A DNA stretch of 60,723 nt, counting the filler, from Sphacelaria rigidula (taxonomy: Eukaryota), in NCBI GenBank assembly GCA_964200075.2. It is 5 parts of 5 records of this genome, joined end to end, with 100 filler letters (N's around TTAATTAATTAA, not from the genome) between each part and the next. Parts side by side here need not be neighbours in the genome. Positions count along the whole stretch, not along the records: positions 24,333 to 36,396 come from CAXNAA020004167.1; positions 36,497 to 48,560 come from CAXNAA020004168.1; 3 more parts are not named here. One strand, 5' to 3'. A program made the position numbers and the translations under genes. The notes below the pieces were generated by a model that saw only the letters and a list, made by a program, of their open reading frames with translations, did not search any database and had not been told where the DNA came from. This document shows positions 27,045 through 38,563 of the stretch, piece after piece. Positions within the stretch are counted from its first letter, which is position 1, and the number at the start of each line of letters is the position of its first letter.

Positions 27045-27312
27045 TTCAAATGGTGAGACATCCATGAGGCAGTGTGGAAGCCGTGGCTGTCTATGAAAGT
27101 GATGACACCAGAAAATATAGCAACTCATTGTTGGCTGTCATCCGTACGCAAAATAGTTCGTAGGCTTCGGGCCAAACAATCTGGGCAGGATGCAACCCAC
27201 CCGTTGTGCTACTCGCTGAACACACCACGGCGCTTCGCGCTCGGTGATTGATTGCGAGCCTGGTCTGGCGAAAACCTGGCGCGCTCCGTTCCGGCTTTGT
27301 AGGAATGCGAAG
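27045..27312. repeat. Copy of the ~300-bp unclassified element
   Basis: Shares ATGAGGCAGTGTG..AAGCCGTGGCTGTCT, GCAGGATGCAAC and GCTCCGT.CCGGCTTTGTAGG with the other copies. Confidence 0.7.
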
Positions 27313-28143
27313 TGAGTGATCATATGACCATGGCATCCAAGATCATGGGTAAACCCCCCTCCCCCCAAACCAGCCCCGAAACTGTCACGAAGAAAATGGC
27401 CGTACAGCGCACGACAGCTGGTTTCAGACTGCATGAAGCGCCTCACATGGGCGACTTTGGCGATAATAATGCCAAGCGTGGTAGTTCCAAGCTTCTCGGT
27501 GCGATCGGCTTCTGTCATTTAAATTTGCTTTCATGTAGAGCTCACCTTGTCAAACCAGCTACTTTTCTTGGAGGAGGGGGACGGGCTATCGCGGTATTAC
27601 TCCACTTTACTGAGATATGGTAGAGTTCCACTTGTCCGATTGGCTAGGCCCTCGGAGGTCTTGAAAATTGCCACATGACAAAACCCCAACCGGGAATAAT
27701 GGGAGAGTGTAGCGGCTGCATTATGAATGCGTTCCCCCCACCCGTATTTGAGCATTTCAGCATTCGTTCCCAGTTGCCGTTTTGTGTATAAAGTGGCCGT
27801 TGTTAGCAGAGCGGAGAAGTGGGCTAGACACGATCGCAATATTTCTTCTTTGGCGTGCTAAAGGTCGTAACGAGTGCGCCAACGCGAAGAAAATCCAAAC
27901 GAGGAGAAAATTAACAAAAGTACCAAGGGGTGAAATACATGTATGCATGTGACGAATCGCACAACACCCCACGTTTTCACCTTAGCCAAAATTCCGCGGG
28001 GTCTCTCTCAATCCTGGCGATTAAACTGCCAGACGACGTCAGACTGACCTCTGGAATGAGACTTGGTTCATGAGTTGAGACGGCGTTATTCGACTCGGAG
28101 GAGGGATGAGTTTACTGTTGTGGGGGAATCGGTGGTGGTATTG

Positions 28144-28257
28144 TACACAGGTGGCCACTGCGGTGCCTGTAACCTCAAATTGGAACCTTAAAGACGTTGC
28201 ACAAGGTCTGTAACGTCCCAATTTGAGGTTACAGGCACCCCAGTGGCCACCCGTGTA
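28144..28257. repeat. 114-bp hairpin / miniature TIR element with TA flanks
   Basis: TA|CACAGGTGGCCACTGCGGTGCCTGTAACCTCAAATTGG...CCAATTTGAGGTTACAGGCACCCCAGTGGCCACCCGTG|TA. Confidence 0.75.
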
Positions 28258-29636
28258 GGTAACCGCGAGTCAGAACGATCGCATCACGTGGTGAGTAAAG
28301 AAAGCCAGTCAGGCGATTGAGTTATGGAGTTGCCTGGAGACACCACGCCGCACCCTACGTGATGGGTGTAGGAAGAGATCAGTCCACCTTATGGAGACGT
28401 ATATATGCGTTGGATCGCCCCTGCCGCTAATACGATTGCGTGCACTTGTTTTTTATTACGTTTTTCAGATCCTGCGTGATGAATTTTTCACAAGGCCAAA
28501 GAGGGAAAAATCCACTACTCGTACTTGTACCACTTGGTGATCCCCGACAGATGACGGGCTGAGGGCTGTGTCTACTTGAAAGAATTTGGTCAATGCGGTC
28601 ACGTGATGTATTATTTTGCCGTCTGCTTCGAATACGGTGGTCATGTAAAAATGCGCTACTACTACAACTACTACTACTCATCTTGGCGTGAACATCCTTG
28701 GTTTTTTAGTATTGTCCAATTACCGAGCTACCGTATAGCAGCTACCCGAACCGATGTCAGTTGGCCCTCGTTTCGCGGGGACGAACCGAAACCAGTTGGC
28801 CCGCGTTTCGGCAGACGGATGGAACGGAACAACCGACGGAGGCTGAAAGACTTCAGTAAAACCGCCATCATAACCGACAGCACGGCTACAAAATACACAG
28901 CGCAGACAATATTATTGACTCAAACTTGTGCTAAGTTTAAATGAGCCCCGCCGTTTCCCTGCAACGACTTATTTGCTCCGCTCGTGCGTCGGCGGGCGGG
29001 CGGGCGACGGCGGGGAAACTCTGTATTCTCACCCGCCGAAGGATATGCAATTGTCCGCCATGTACTGACCGGAATAATATTACCCCGCTCTTGGCCGTGA
29101 ATACTGTACTGTGTGGGTGACATTACCATTTCGTTTGCCGCTCGCTTGAATGCAGAGTTCCGGAGGCTGTCGCCATGGGTGAGTAGGTCAAGAGCCGTAG
29201 CAAATGATCTTGTGAAATGTGTGATGTTATTGCCTTACTATGTATGCTCGGAACCGCCCTCCGGGGAAACACGGTTCCTTCGCGCCACTGATCCTGGGTG
29301 GCATTTCTCAAGCACACCGACCAATGCGCATTTGTCGAGTTTTTATTTCATTTCGTGAGGAGGGCTGGCTCTACATACTCGTATCATGGTCTGAAAATCC
29401 ACCCAGGCAACCGGACCAATACGGGCCTACCTAGCGGTACGCATTGCATCATGGCACCGTGCTAGGTTATCCGTTGTGGGGCAAGATACGTGAACGCGGG
29501 TCGGTATGTCCTGGTTGATGATCGTCGTTGCGACACCGTCGGCCTGCTTGAATTGATGCCAATTTCACCTGTCGCTAAGTTGTACTCCGTGTATATACGC
29601 AACTAAAGCGTGAGGTCCATGCCGTGGAGTGCCGTC

Positions 29637-29999
29637 CTAGTGAAGTACAGCACGATGTAGTAAAGTGCGCATCCAGTATTCCACTTGTGACCCGCTTGCA
29701 ATGAATGAATGCATGAAATCAGAATCTGCAGCTCCCTCAGACCTTACATTGCGAACATCACTGATTGTGTCTTGCACCATTGCACACGTGCATGCCGGCA
29801 TTACCGAATGCAGTGTCCTCAGCCACCACGCGAGAATGCCAACAGTTCGGAGAAGAAAATTCGCTCGACGTGGGTATGCGTGCTTGAGAGACTCGTGGGC
29901 TTCGACGAGAGGAGTAAACCAAAACGCTTCGCAGGCAGCGTGTGGTGCCGAGCGAGATGTCACCGAACCGGAAGCCCACGCAGGTACCGGTGCGAACGT
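29637..29999 (-). CDS. Possible terminal exon of an unknown gene
   Basis: About 120 open codons after a CTCAG acceptor (TFAPVPAWASG...EYWMRTLLHRAVLH*). No recognisable domain. Confidence 0.3.
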   Translation of the reverse strand, partial: TFAPVPAWASGSVTSRSAPHAACEAFWFTPLVEAHESLKHAYPRRANFLLRTVGILAWWLRTLHSVMPACTCAMVQDTISDVRNVRSEGAADSDFMHSFIASGSQVEYWMRTLLHRAVLH

Positions 30000-31957
30000 C
30001 TGAGTGATGCCGCGTACGTCCGAGTAATGCCGCGGTAACCGTCCCCAGAAAAGCGTAGAGGGGACCGAGGCAAAATCTACACACACATGTGAGGTGTTTA
30101 CATTGTTTCTAAAGTCAACTAGACCTATCTGCAATCTTCAAGTATATTTCAAAACCTGGTTTTTGAAACCGGCTATCTGCATTCGAGTGACGCGCGATAG
30201 CCGCCCCCCAGAAAAGTGGCTGGTTTGAGGAGGAGAAATCTATGTGCAAGTCAAAATGGCAAAGGCCAAGCACACCGAGCAGCTAGGTGCGCCGAAGCTG
30301 GGCATAGTCTTCGCAGGTATCGCCCATAGGAGGCGCTTCATGCACTTTGAAACCAGCCATCATGCGCTGTACAGATTATGGCCATCTTCTTCGGGACAAC
30401 TTTGCGACTGGCTTGGGGTTAGGCTATTGTGGCATTACTGATTCTTCGTAATAAATTCCAAAACCTGGTTTCTTGAACCACCCATGAGTGGTTGTATGGT
30501 AGGGATGCATTTTTCAGTCCAAAAGTGTTCTGAGGCCGCACACAAAAGCCTAGATGCTCGTCATCGAGAGGCTTCCAAAGTGCAGAGCCCCAGATGAAAA
30601 AATGTCAACTCCTCCCGTAGGACCACTCCCATCATCTCGATGCGCTGTACGGCCACCATTTCTTCGTGGCAGTTTTTTTTCACTCCTGTGTGTGGGGGGG
30701 GGGGATCTGTCGCGACATCCCTTATCCGTGACACTGTGTGCCCGTAACTATCATCGCAAAGCATTGATTGAAAACCATCGAGCCGCATACACGCTTGTAT
30801 TTTCGGTCAGCGGAGGCTGATGAGGTGACATGCTGCACTCCGTAGCTAATATTGAAATGTGCCCGTTGCGCGCGAACTTGCCATCTCATGTCAGACTAGG
30901 CTTGGGGAATGCGACGAAGCTAGGATACGAAAAAGTGATAAAGGGCTTAGAGTCGGACGAAGATCTTTGCCGGACTCGGGGGAGACATGCGATGATTCCT
31001 TTAGGCTACGGATTTGTTCCAAGACAGGGGAGGGGAAATTATGACAAGAACGAGAGCGATTTTCATAAAGTTCGAGAAACCCTCAGCGTCCTCCGACAAA
31101 ACTCACAGAAAGTCACATACTAACAATCAGTTTCTCGGTTGTAAGAGATGTCACTAGTCTAGCCAAAGTAAGACTAGGCGCACAAAAGATTAGAAAAATA
31201 CGCTGGAATCGTCCAAGAGGGTAAGACAAGCCTTTCGAGGTGGCCCAATCCGCCAAGCCCCGTATTCGGGAAAAACTCAGCGCTAGATGACCTAAGTGGG
31301 AATTTTCGTACTGTAGATATTTTTCTTATCCCCACCAGTAGCGGCGCCACCTGTATCATGAACCCTGTACTTTGTATCATGTGTGAAATTCTTCTACTCG
31401 GCCATTCTCGAAGAGAGACGGTCGGGAGTCATGGAGTTTCAGTATCTGAAATTTGAATGATTCGTATTGAAGACTTCTCGATATTTCATCAAAGTAGCCA
31501 TCGGCAAAATATGTCCGTACAACACTAACTGCTTTCCCGTAGGGGTGGGCAACGCTTCATTATGATCCATAGTATGCAAGGTGATCGACCTGTTGGGATT
31601 TCGTGCTACTTGTGCCGCAGGTCGGGGTGGTTTGACACAGGACCGAGGCCATAAAATTGCCCTGCCAAAGTCCCGCAAGGTCTCGCCCTGTCCACGCGCA
31701 TACTGCTGCTGTAAAGTCAACCGCTCATGCAATGTACCGTATATGTAGAGGTAGTTCGGCGTGTATAATTTTGTCACCATTATCTCGTAGATCGCTCGCC
31801 TCCTCCCGGGGGTGTGGTACGTTTGCCCTTCACTCTTTTCAAGGTGTGACCTGGGCTCCGCACTTTTGTTCGTCGTTCCTTTTTTTGCGGCCCACGAAAT
31901 TCCTGGGAGTGATATGACTGAGAAAAGGCAAGAACTGCAACCAGTATACAACAGCAA

Positions 31958-32253
31958 CAACGTTTTCGTGAGATTGAGAGTAGAGCGATGATTGAGAGTG
32001 ACTTTGATAATTCGCTGTAACTTAGCCAATTTTTCATTCCATGTGTGCTTTTCTTTGCCTCCACCACTGACTGGTGCTTACAGCTACACGTCGATATCCT
32101 AGCCAGGGATATCAAGGCCCCCAGTGGCAAGCTAGGACGGAAAGCATATTGGGCCTCGGGGAGGGGCATTTCGGAGCTGAAACGATTCATTCATTTATTG
32201 ATCGATTTTCACTCTCAATCGTATCCTCTACTCTCAATCTCACGAAAACATTG
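31958..32253. mobile_element. MITE family C copy
   Basis: TIRs CAACGTTTTCGTGAGATTGAGAGTAGAG / CTCTACTCTCAATCTCACGAAAACATTG. Confidence 0.8.
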
Positions 32254-32255
32254 TT

Positions 32256-32675
32256 CAGCCTCGATCCGTTTTTGAGGTTCAACATTTGGGTGAGGTTCAA
32301 CTCGAAAACAGTGCTTTCCCTGACCAAAAGTCATGACTAATGAATTTCATATGGACGACCTCATACCCCACGACCTCCTTAAAACTATTCTTGAGGATTG
32401 CCCGTCTTCCGTGCCCCCAAAGCGTATATGCGAAAACACCAATGTCGGGCTAAAAACGTCCCCTGTTTCGCCCCGATATCGAGACAAAAAAGTGCTTCCG
32501 CACATACGCTTTGGGGGCACGGAAGACGGGCAACCCCCAGAAACAGTTTTGAGGAGGTGGGGGGGCATGAAGTCGTCCATATGAAATTCATTGATTATGA
32601 CTTTAGGTCAGGAAAAGCACTGTTTTGGAGTCGAACTTTACCCAAATGTTGAACCTCAAAAACGGATCCAGGCTG
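32256..32675. mobile_element. 420-bp foldback MITE
   Basis: The arms are reverse complements over ~180 bp, with TT on both flanks. A partial relative lies at ~36120-36340. Confidence 0.8.
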
Positions 32676-33635
32676 TTATACTTCCTCTGCCTCATAAGTC
32701 TGGGAAGTTATGGGCGTTGAATCGTACGGGTATGCCAACGTTGCCGATCATCCCATAGTTGGGCTCGTTAGGAAGCTAAAGCGCAAACGAAGCTGATGAA
32801 GAAAAAAAATCGTCATCAATACTAAAATGATGTCAAAATATGCCTATTTTGATCCTTCTTTATCCATCTATACCTCCATCATTGACCGGTTTTGGACGTA
32901 TTCACATCGAGCACTAACAATTACATGCTAACAAAATGTTGGATGGAGCGTGCGTAGGTTGACATCATGGACATGTCCAAAATCAATGGTGGTCTCGGGG
33001 TTTTCACATGATCTGCCCGATTTTCCGCGATTTTTCGTGTCCCCGGATCTCTCTCATGCTTTCCTGGGAAAACGAGCGAAAAATACCCGTTTTTGGACCG
33101 ACCTACTTTTTCTCGGCCGCCCGACTGCTTGGGTCAAGCACTCAAGTTGTCGAAAAAATGTTGGTTTTAGCTCCAAAAACGCCAACGAACGCAATAAAAA
33201 AATCGAGAATCAAATAGTACACGGTAAAGGGGTCGCACAGACATGAATGCCTAGGCTCATGGGACAGAGAGGAAGTATATATAAAGAGAGATGCGTTGAA
33301 TAGACAACGAATTTTACGATGAAAGCCATCGACGTCAGGATCATAATTTTCAAGTATGACGACGAGCGTACGGGTTGCCGCTAACAAACGGTATTCCATG
33401 TTACCACAGGCCATCCGCATTACCAACGCCTCACGTTGGTACTGTACCTGGCGATGATGTGTAAAATGCAACACAGACACCACTGAGTAGTCACAACCTT
33501 ACCTGAACCGCCACCCTTTATCCAAGGAACGGTACCACAATAACTATTATTGTCCCCCTACTACATTATCCAGTTGCGAAGATTCCTTAACATGGTTTAT
33601 TTTCCCACCCGAAACGCGTGCAGTACACACGACAG

Positions 33636-34687
33636 GCAAAGTCGACAGCCTCTGCCTGGAGGCCTTCGTTGTTGCTCTCGATCAGATCGCTCGTTTCGAC
33701 GGCGGCCCGTGGTACACTTCCACGTCGAATCTGCAGCTCGTGTCTCTGGAGCTTTGCGCGGCCTGCCGAAGGCTACCCACTGCCGAGGTGCGAGCAAACG
33801 AGCACGTCCCACGTTTACTGTGGGCCACGACCGTCGTCTCCACAACCGCAACCACTACCACAGCCACCTCGACTCGTGGTGGAACAACCGCTCTCCTTCC
33901 CCTTCGTGCTGCGGAGAACCAAAAGCCTCGTCGTGAGACTTGTTGGGTGTCCAACAATCTAGACGGTTCAGATCAGACCTCTGTCGAGGAGCAGCGCCGC
34001 AGCAAGATCGCGGCGGGTACTCCTCGTGTGCCCGTTTTGCTCGCTCAGAGCATTCTGTGGGAGTTTGACGAGCCACCGGATACATTGTTATCAGCGGGCG
34101 CAAATAATGAGACGCTGGGAAGCAGCTCTTTGCAACGCTTTACCTTCGCGGGCGACTTCAACCGCTGCGTGTGTGGGGTGACGTGGCCTGCGACACTTCT
34201 GCAGTTAGTGTTCGGATTCAACTTCAACCAGCCGATCAGCAACGTCCGGTGGCCGAAGGCTCTCCGAGTCCTGAAATTCGGGACATGCTTCAACCAGCCA
34301 ATCGACGGCGTACAGTGGCCCGACTCGTTGATACGGCTGTCGTTTGGGAGAGCGCACAAGCGACTGACCTTCGCACCCAAGTTTAACCAGCCGATTCAGG
34401 GCGTTGCGTGGCCGGCGTCACTGGAACGCTTGGATCTAGGAGGCTCTTTCAATCGCCCGATTGTGGACGTGGTTTGGCCGAAGAAGTTGATAAGGTTGAC
34501 CTTGGGAGGGTATTTCAACCAGGCGATCGACGGGGTAGTATGGCCTGAGACATTGCGACACTTGTCATTTGGGGAGGATTTTGGTCAGCGGGGGGTTGAT
34601 GACGACGGCGTGGGGGGTAGCGTAGCGGTGAAATGGCCGGCTTCCCTGCGAACGTTGACCGTTGGAAATCGTACCAGAGCACTGTAA
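33636..34687 (+). CDS. FNIP-repeat (LRR-like) protein with F-box-like N-terminal segment; long terminal exon
   Basis: About 7 tandem ~22-aa repeats of FNQPI.GV.WP.SL..L.FG. The frame is open upstream of the GTG-called ORF to a CAG acceptor at 33635, adding KVDSLCLEAFVVALDQIARF...NLQLVSLELCAACRR (F-box-like spacing). Confidence 0.85.
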
Positions 34688-35343
34688 GCAATGGTACTGG
34701 GCAGTGTTGGACTATTGTGTCGCGAAGATGTACGGTCGTTGAAGGCTGCACAAATAGCTCGCTTGAATGCCGGATTACAGGATATATATGGCTTCAGCCG
34801 TAGGCATGTGGGACATGTAGACCGGATCACAGATAAAACTAGGTGGTAGTACGTCATAGATGTGTATATACCTTAAACCGGTACGAGAAGGAAAAAAAAT
34901 ACTCGACATGCATGAATACGTCGACCAGCCGGACACTTTTTACGTGGCGAAGGGTGGTGAACTTGTCTTGGAAGCCCTTGGGCGCAAGACGTCTTTTCGG
35001 AATAATTATATCATAGGCTGAGCTTCAGCGTCGGTGACGTGCGAACTGTCCACCAAGCATCGTTCGTTCTCTGTTGTTGATCAAACGGGGTAAATGCACC
35101 TCATCATGCAGTACGATTTTTGTCCTTTTTTCATAGCGGGCGGCGAGATTTGACTGGAGCGGCGTGCACTCCTATTCGACATTCGGCTAATATGAAAACG
35201 ATTTGGCAGAGATAACCACCCAGGAAACACGTGTGATCCTCAGACTGGTTGTCATGGGGTTTGAGAAAAACAAACTCGAACAAGAAGCCCCTATTTTTCG
35301 GCGATTCAGGGCCGATTCTCACGGGAATACGGGGCTAAGAGAA

Positions 35344-35801
35344 CAGCCGGTCATCGAAATTGAGGATGGGGCTTTTCATGGAGGATGAGAACCCGGAGGA
35401 ATGAAATCGTCGTATCCACACCAAATCTTCGTATCCGCACCAAATCTTCGAAATATGGTTCCATTTCTGCACCTACTGGTAGCTATTGACAAGTACTACA
35501 CATCATACAAAAACTTTGATTTTGATTACCGAAATTTTGGGTTCCTGGGTAAAAAAGCAATATCGGGGAATTCCGCCGATCCGATCGGATCACCTAAATT
35601 ATCCGAAATTGAATCTTCGTCGAGGACCCCAACACTTCGATTATCGAAACCCAAATTTGTAGGGTCTCTGGCAGTTGTCAACAGCTAACAGTAGGTGAAG
35701 GAACGAAACCATATTTCAAAGATTTGGTGTGGGTACGAAGATTTTAATCCTCCGGGTTCTCATCCTAAAAAAGCTCCGTCCTCAATTTCGATGATCGGCT
35801 G
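35344..35801. mobile_element. Foldback MITE related to 51845-52284
   Basis: CAGCCGGTCATCGAAATTGAGGA...TCCTCAATTTCGATGATCGGCTG; interior shared with 51845-52284. Confidence 0.75.
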
Positions 35802-38228
35802 TTTGAGCGGATGGTGGTGCTGCCTTCGGAAAACTTGCCATGCTCCCCGAGAGATCTACCGCATTTTCCCGATCTTTCACGCGCCTAGTTTGACTCTGGA
35901 CCGGGCTGATGATTTTTCACATATTCAAGAAAATACCGAATAACTTGAAAAACGTGCCTCTCGGGCGGGTTTCAGAGAATCCTCACAGGCACAGCACGGG
36001 ATCCTGAACAACAATGGGAACGAGCTATTTTCGTACAAAAGTACAATTGGCGGGCACCAGTTGTAATAAATATATTTTCACAATTGCGACCTCAGTTAAT
36101 TCCCATAGAAAAATATCTCCTCGAAAATAAGGTCGAACATCAAGGTGAAGGTCCAACCCCAAAAGAGTGTTTTCCTTCACCTTAATTATTGGCAGAAGAC
36201 TTTCATATGGACGACCTCGTCATGCCCCCCGAGCTCCGTGAAATGATTATTGGGTAGAGATTCCCGTCTGTCGTTCCCTCAAAAGTCATGGGCGAAATCA
36301 CATTTTTGCATCGATTTCGGGGTGAAAAACGAGACGCTTTTAAAACAGCCAATCATCTATATTGAGGATGGTGCTATTGATTGAGGATGAGAACCCNNNN
36401 NNNNNNNNNNNNNNNNNNNNNNNNNNNNNNNNNNNNNNNNTTAATTAATTAANNNNNNNNNNNNNNNNNNNNNNNNNNNNNNNNNNNNNNNNNNNNTCCG
36501 TGCAAGAGAGAAATGCCACTTCAACCCCATATTTTGTATGAACCCCAAAATTCAAAATCGGCTGTTACTTATTGCGAACAGCCTCAGCTGTGCAAATCCC
36601 GCATACTGCACCGTCATCAGCGGATGGAATCCGAGATGCAGCAAAAATTGTTGATAGCAATTCATCCTCTTACCCCCCGATTCATACATCAATTGGGCTG
36701 AAGGATAGGATTCTTCAACGGCTTTCGCTGTACACAAATCCCACACACTGCTTACGACTGTATGTCCACACGGCTGTGCTTCAAAGCGATGCTGCAGCTG
36801 CCGTCGTGGTGATGATAGACTGTCGGTGTATACCTCGCAATTTTATGCACATAGCTCATGAACCGGGTTGTCCAATCTCTACCAAAACAAACCAAATGGT
36901 TTTTTAGATCGAAAACGGAAAAAAATCTCATCGCTGTTTATGTACCATATAGAGCTATATGTGTACTTTGATGGGGATGATTGACCGACTGGTTGATGGA
37001 TTGTCGCACTTTAACTGACCCCCCCAGGGGTCCAGCCGTGGTCTAGATAACCACAACAATGAACTGTATACTGGACTGTACATGCAATACCATGCAGGAC
37101 AACAGTGCCATACCGTGCTTTTACGTCAGGTGCTGTACACTGCAGAGTGAGCGCGGCTTATGCGCTACGTATGACTATACAATGTGGATGAGCTTCTATT
37201 TTGATATATGAGGGTGTTTTATACCGTTAGGAATAACTACGGTTCGCACACGCGCACGCACACATGCGCACAATGCACAACTGCAGCACGCAGTGAGTAG
37301 GGCATGAAAAGGAAGCGGGGAAAGTACAGTATAGACAGCGCAGGGCTGTATATGTTCTTTACCTACCCTTCGACGTGGAAATGACTTGAACACCGTGCAG
37401 CTTTGTACGGCCTGCATGCCCATGCATCAACTATGCGGTGAGTGCGCGTGTATATGCAATAAAAGCCGCGCGGTAGTGGTTTGATCCGTCGACATGCGAT
37501 GCCGCGAACATGAAAGAAGACTCTCAAGTCTCCATGCATCAACAAGAAATACAGCATACCCAACCACGGCAGTGTGTATCTATATCCTGTGCCGAACTCG
37601 TGCTCATTGCTGCAGTAGGGTAGTGCGGTATAGCTGGGAACAATAGGTGTTGTTGCATGGCGCGGGATACTAAATTCTCAATCGGATATGCTTCAATTTA
37701 TCTGTATACCTCGGATCATGGTCTATACTATAACATACAAGTGCCAATAAAGGTCAAACTCCAGAAGTAAGTTTACACCCTGCATGGAGAGTATCCTCAA
37801 ATTTTCCAAGAGGCAACAATTTTGAATTACATGCTCAGCAAAAGCATGGTTTCGTTTATGAAGGTTTTTGCTTGATAGCCAGTAAAAACACAAAAAGACT
37901 TGACATGATAACAACGAATCGTAGGTGGTTCATGTTCAGTTTGTCGCCCTCTCGACCGCAAAAACGCACCCTGTCTTACGTCGCCCCTATTTTTCTGCCA
38001 GTACCGTGCCCGCGCTGTAAGGTGGAGCATATCGTATGTGCGTTATAATACACGGGTAACGAAACCCTGTGAAGCCTACTGTATGGCGCAAAAACATACC
38101 GTACAGCCAAATCTCCACGAGAAAACACTACACAGTTTCCCTGAAACCCTGTGAAGCGTACTGTGTGGCGGCGCAAAAAAAACCCTACAGTCTAATCCCC
38201 GCGAGAACTGCACAGTTTCCTTGAACCT

Positions 38229-38486
38229 TGTATCCTCTGCCAGACGATCTGGACAAGAGGACTATCCACAAGGGACTCCTCCAGTAGCCCTGGCCTCGTG
38301 CTCGACAAGGCCTTTCTTCTCACTTGTAATTATCACGGAGTGATCCTCTACAGACCACATCAAAAGCTAAACAGCAAGGGGCCATACAGATAAGGGTCAT
38401 CAATCCAGGATCCCCTGTCCCCTGCCGCTGCTCCAATCATGCATGTGATTATACTGAAACCTACGGCTTGGTATCATTTGGCTACA
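38229..38486 (-). repeat. 3' LTR of the gypsy element
   Basis: TG...CA bounded; direct repeat of 43470-43727 (~90% identical by manual count). Confidence 0.9.
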
Positions 38487-38563
38487 GCACCCCCAAAGCG
38501 AGTTCAAGACAAACGAGCGAGCTTGACAACCAACGAAATCAAGACGAAATCGCATGCGCCAGA

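Noticed and set aside
33636..34687. Endogenous giant-virus insertion around the FNIP gene
   Set aside because: No other viral hallmark genes or gene-dense intronless region in this contig.
38469..38476. TGGTATCA as an initiator-Met tRNA PBS (also 43710-43717)
   Set aside because: It lies inside both LTRs, on the non-coding strand, and matches only 8 nt.
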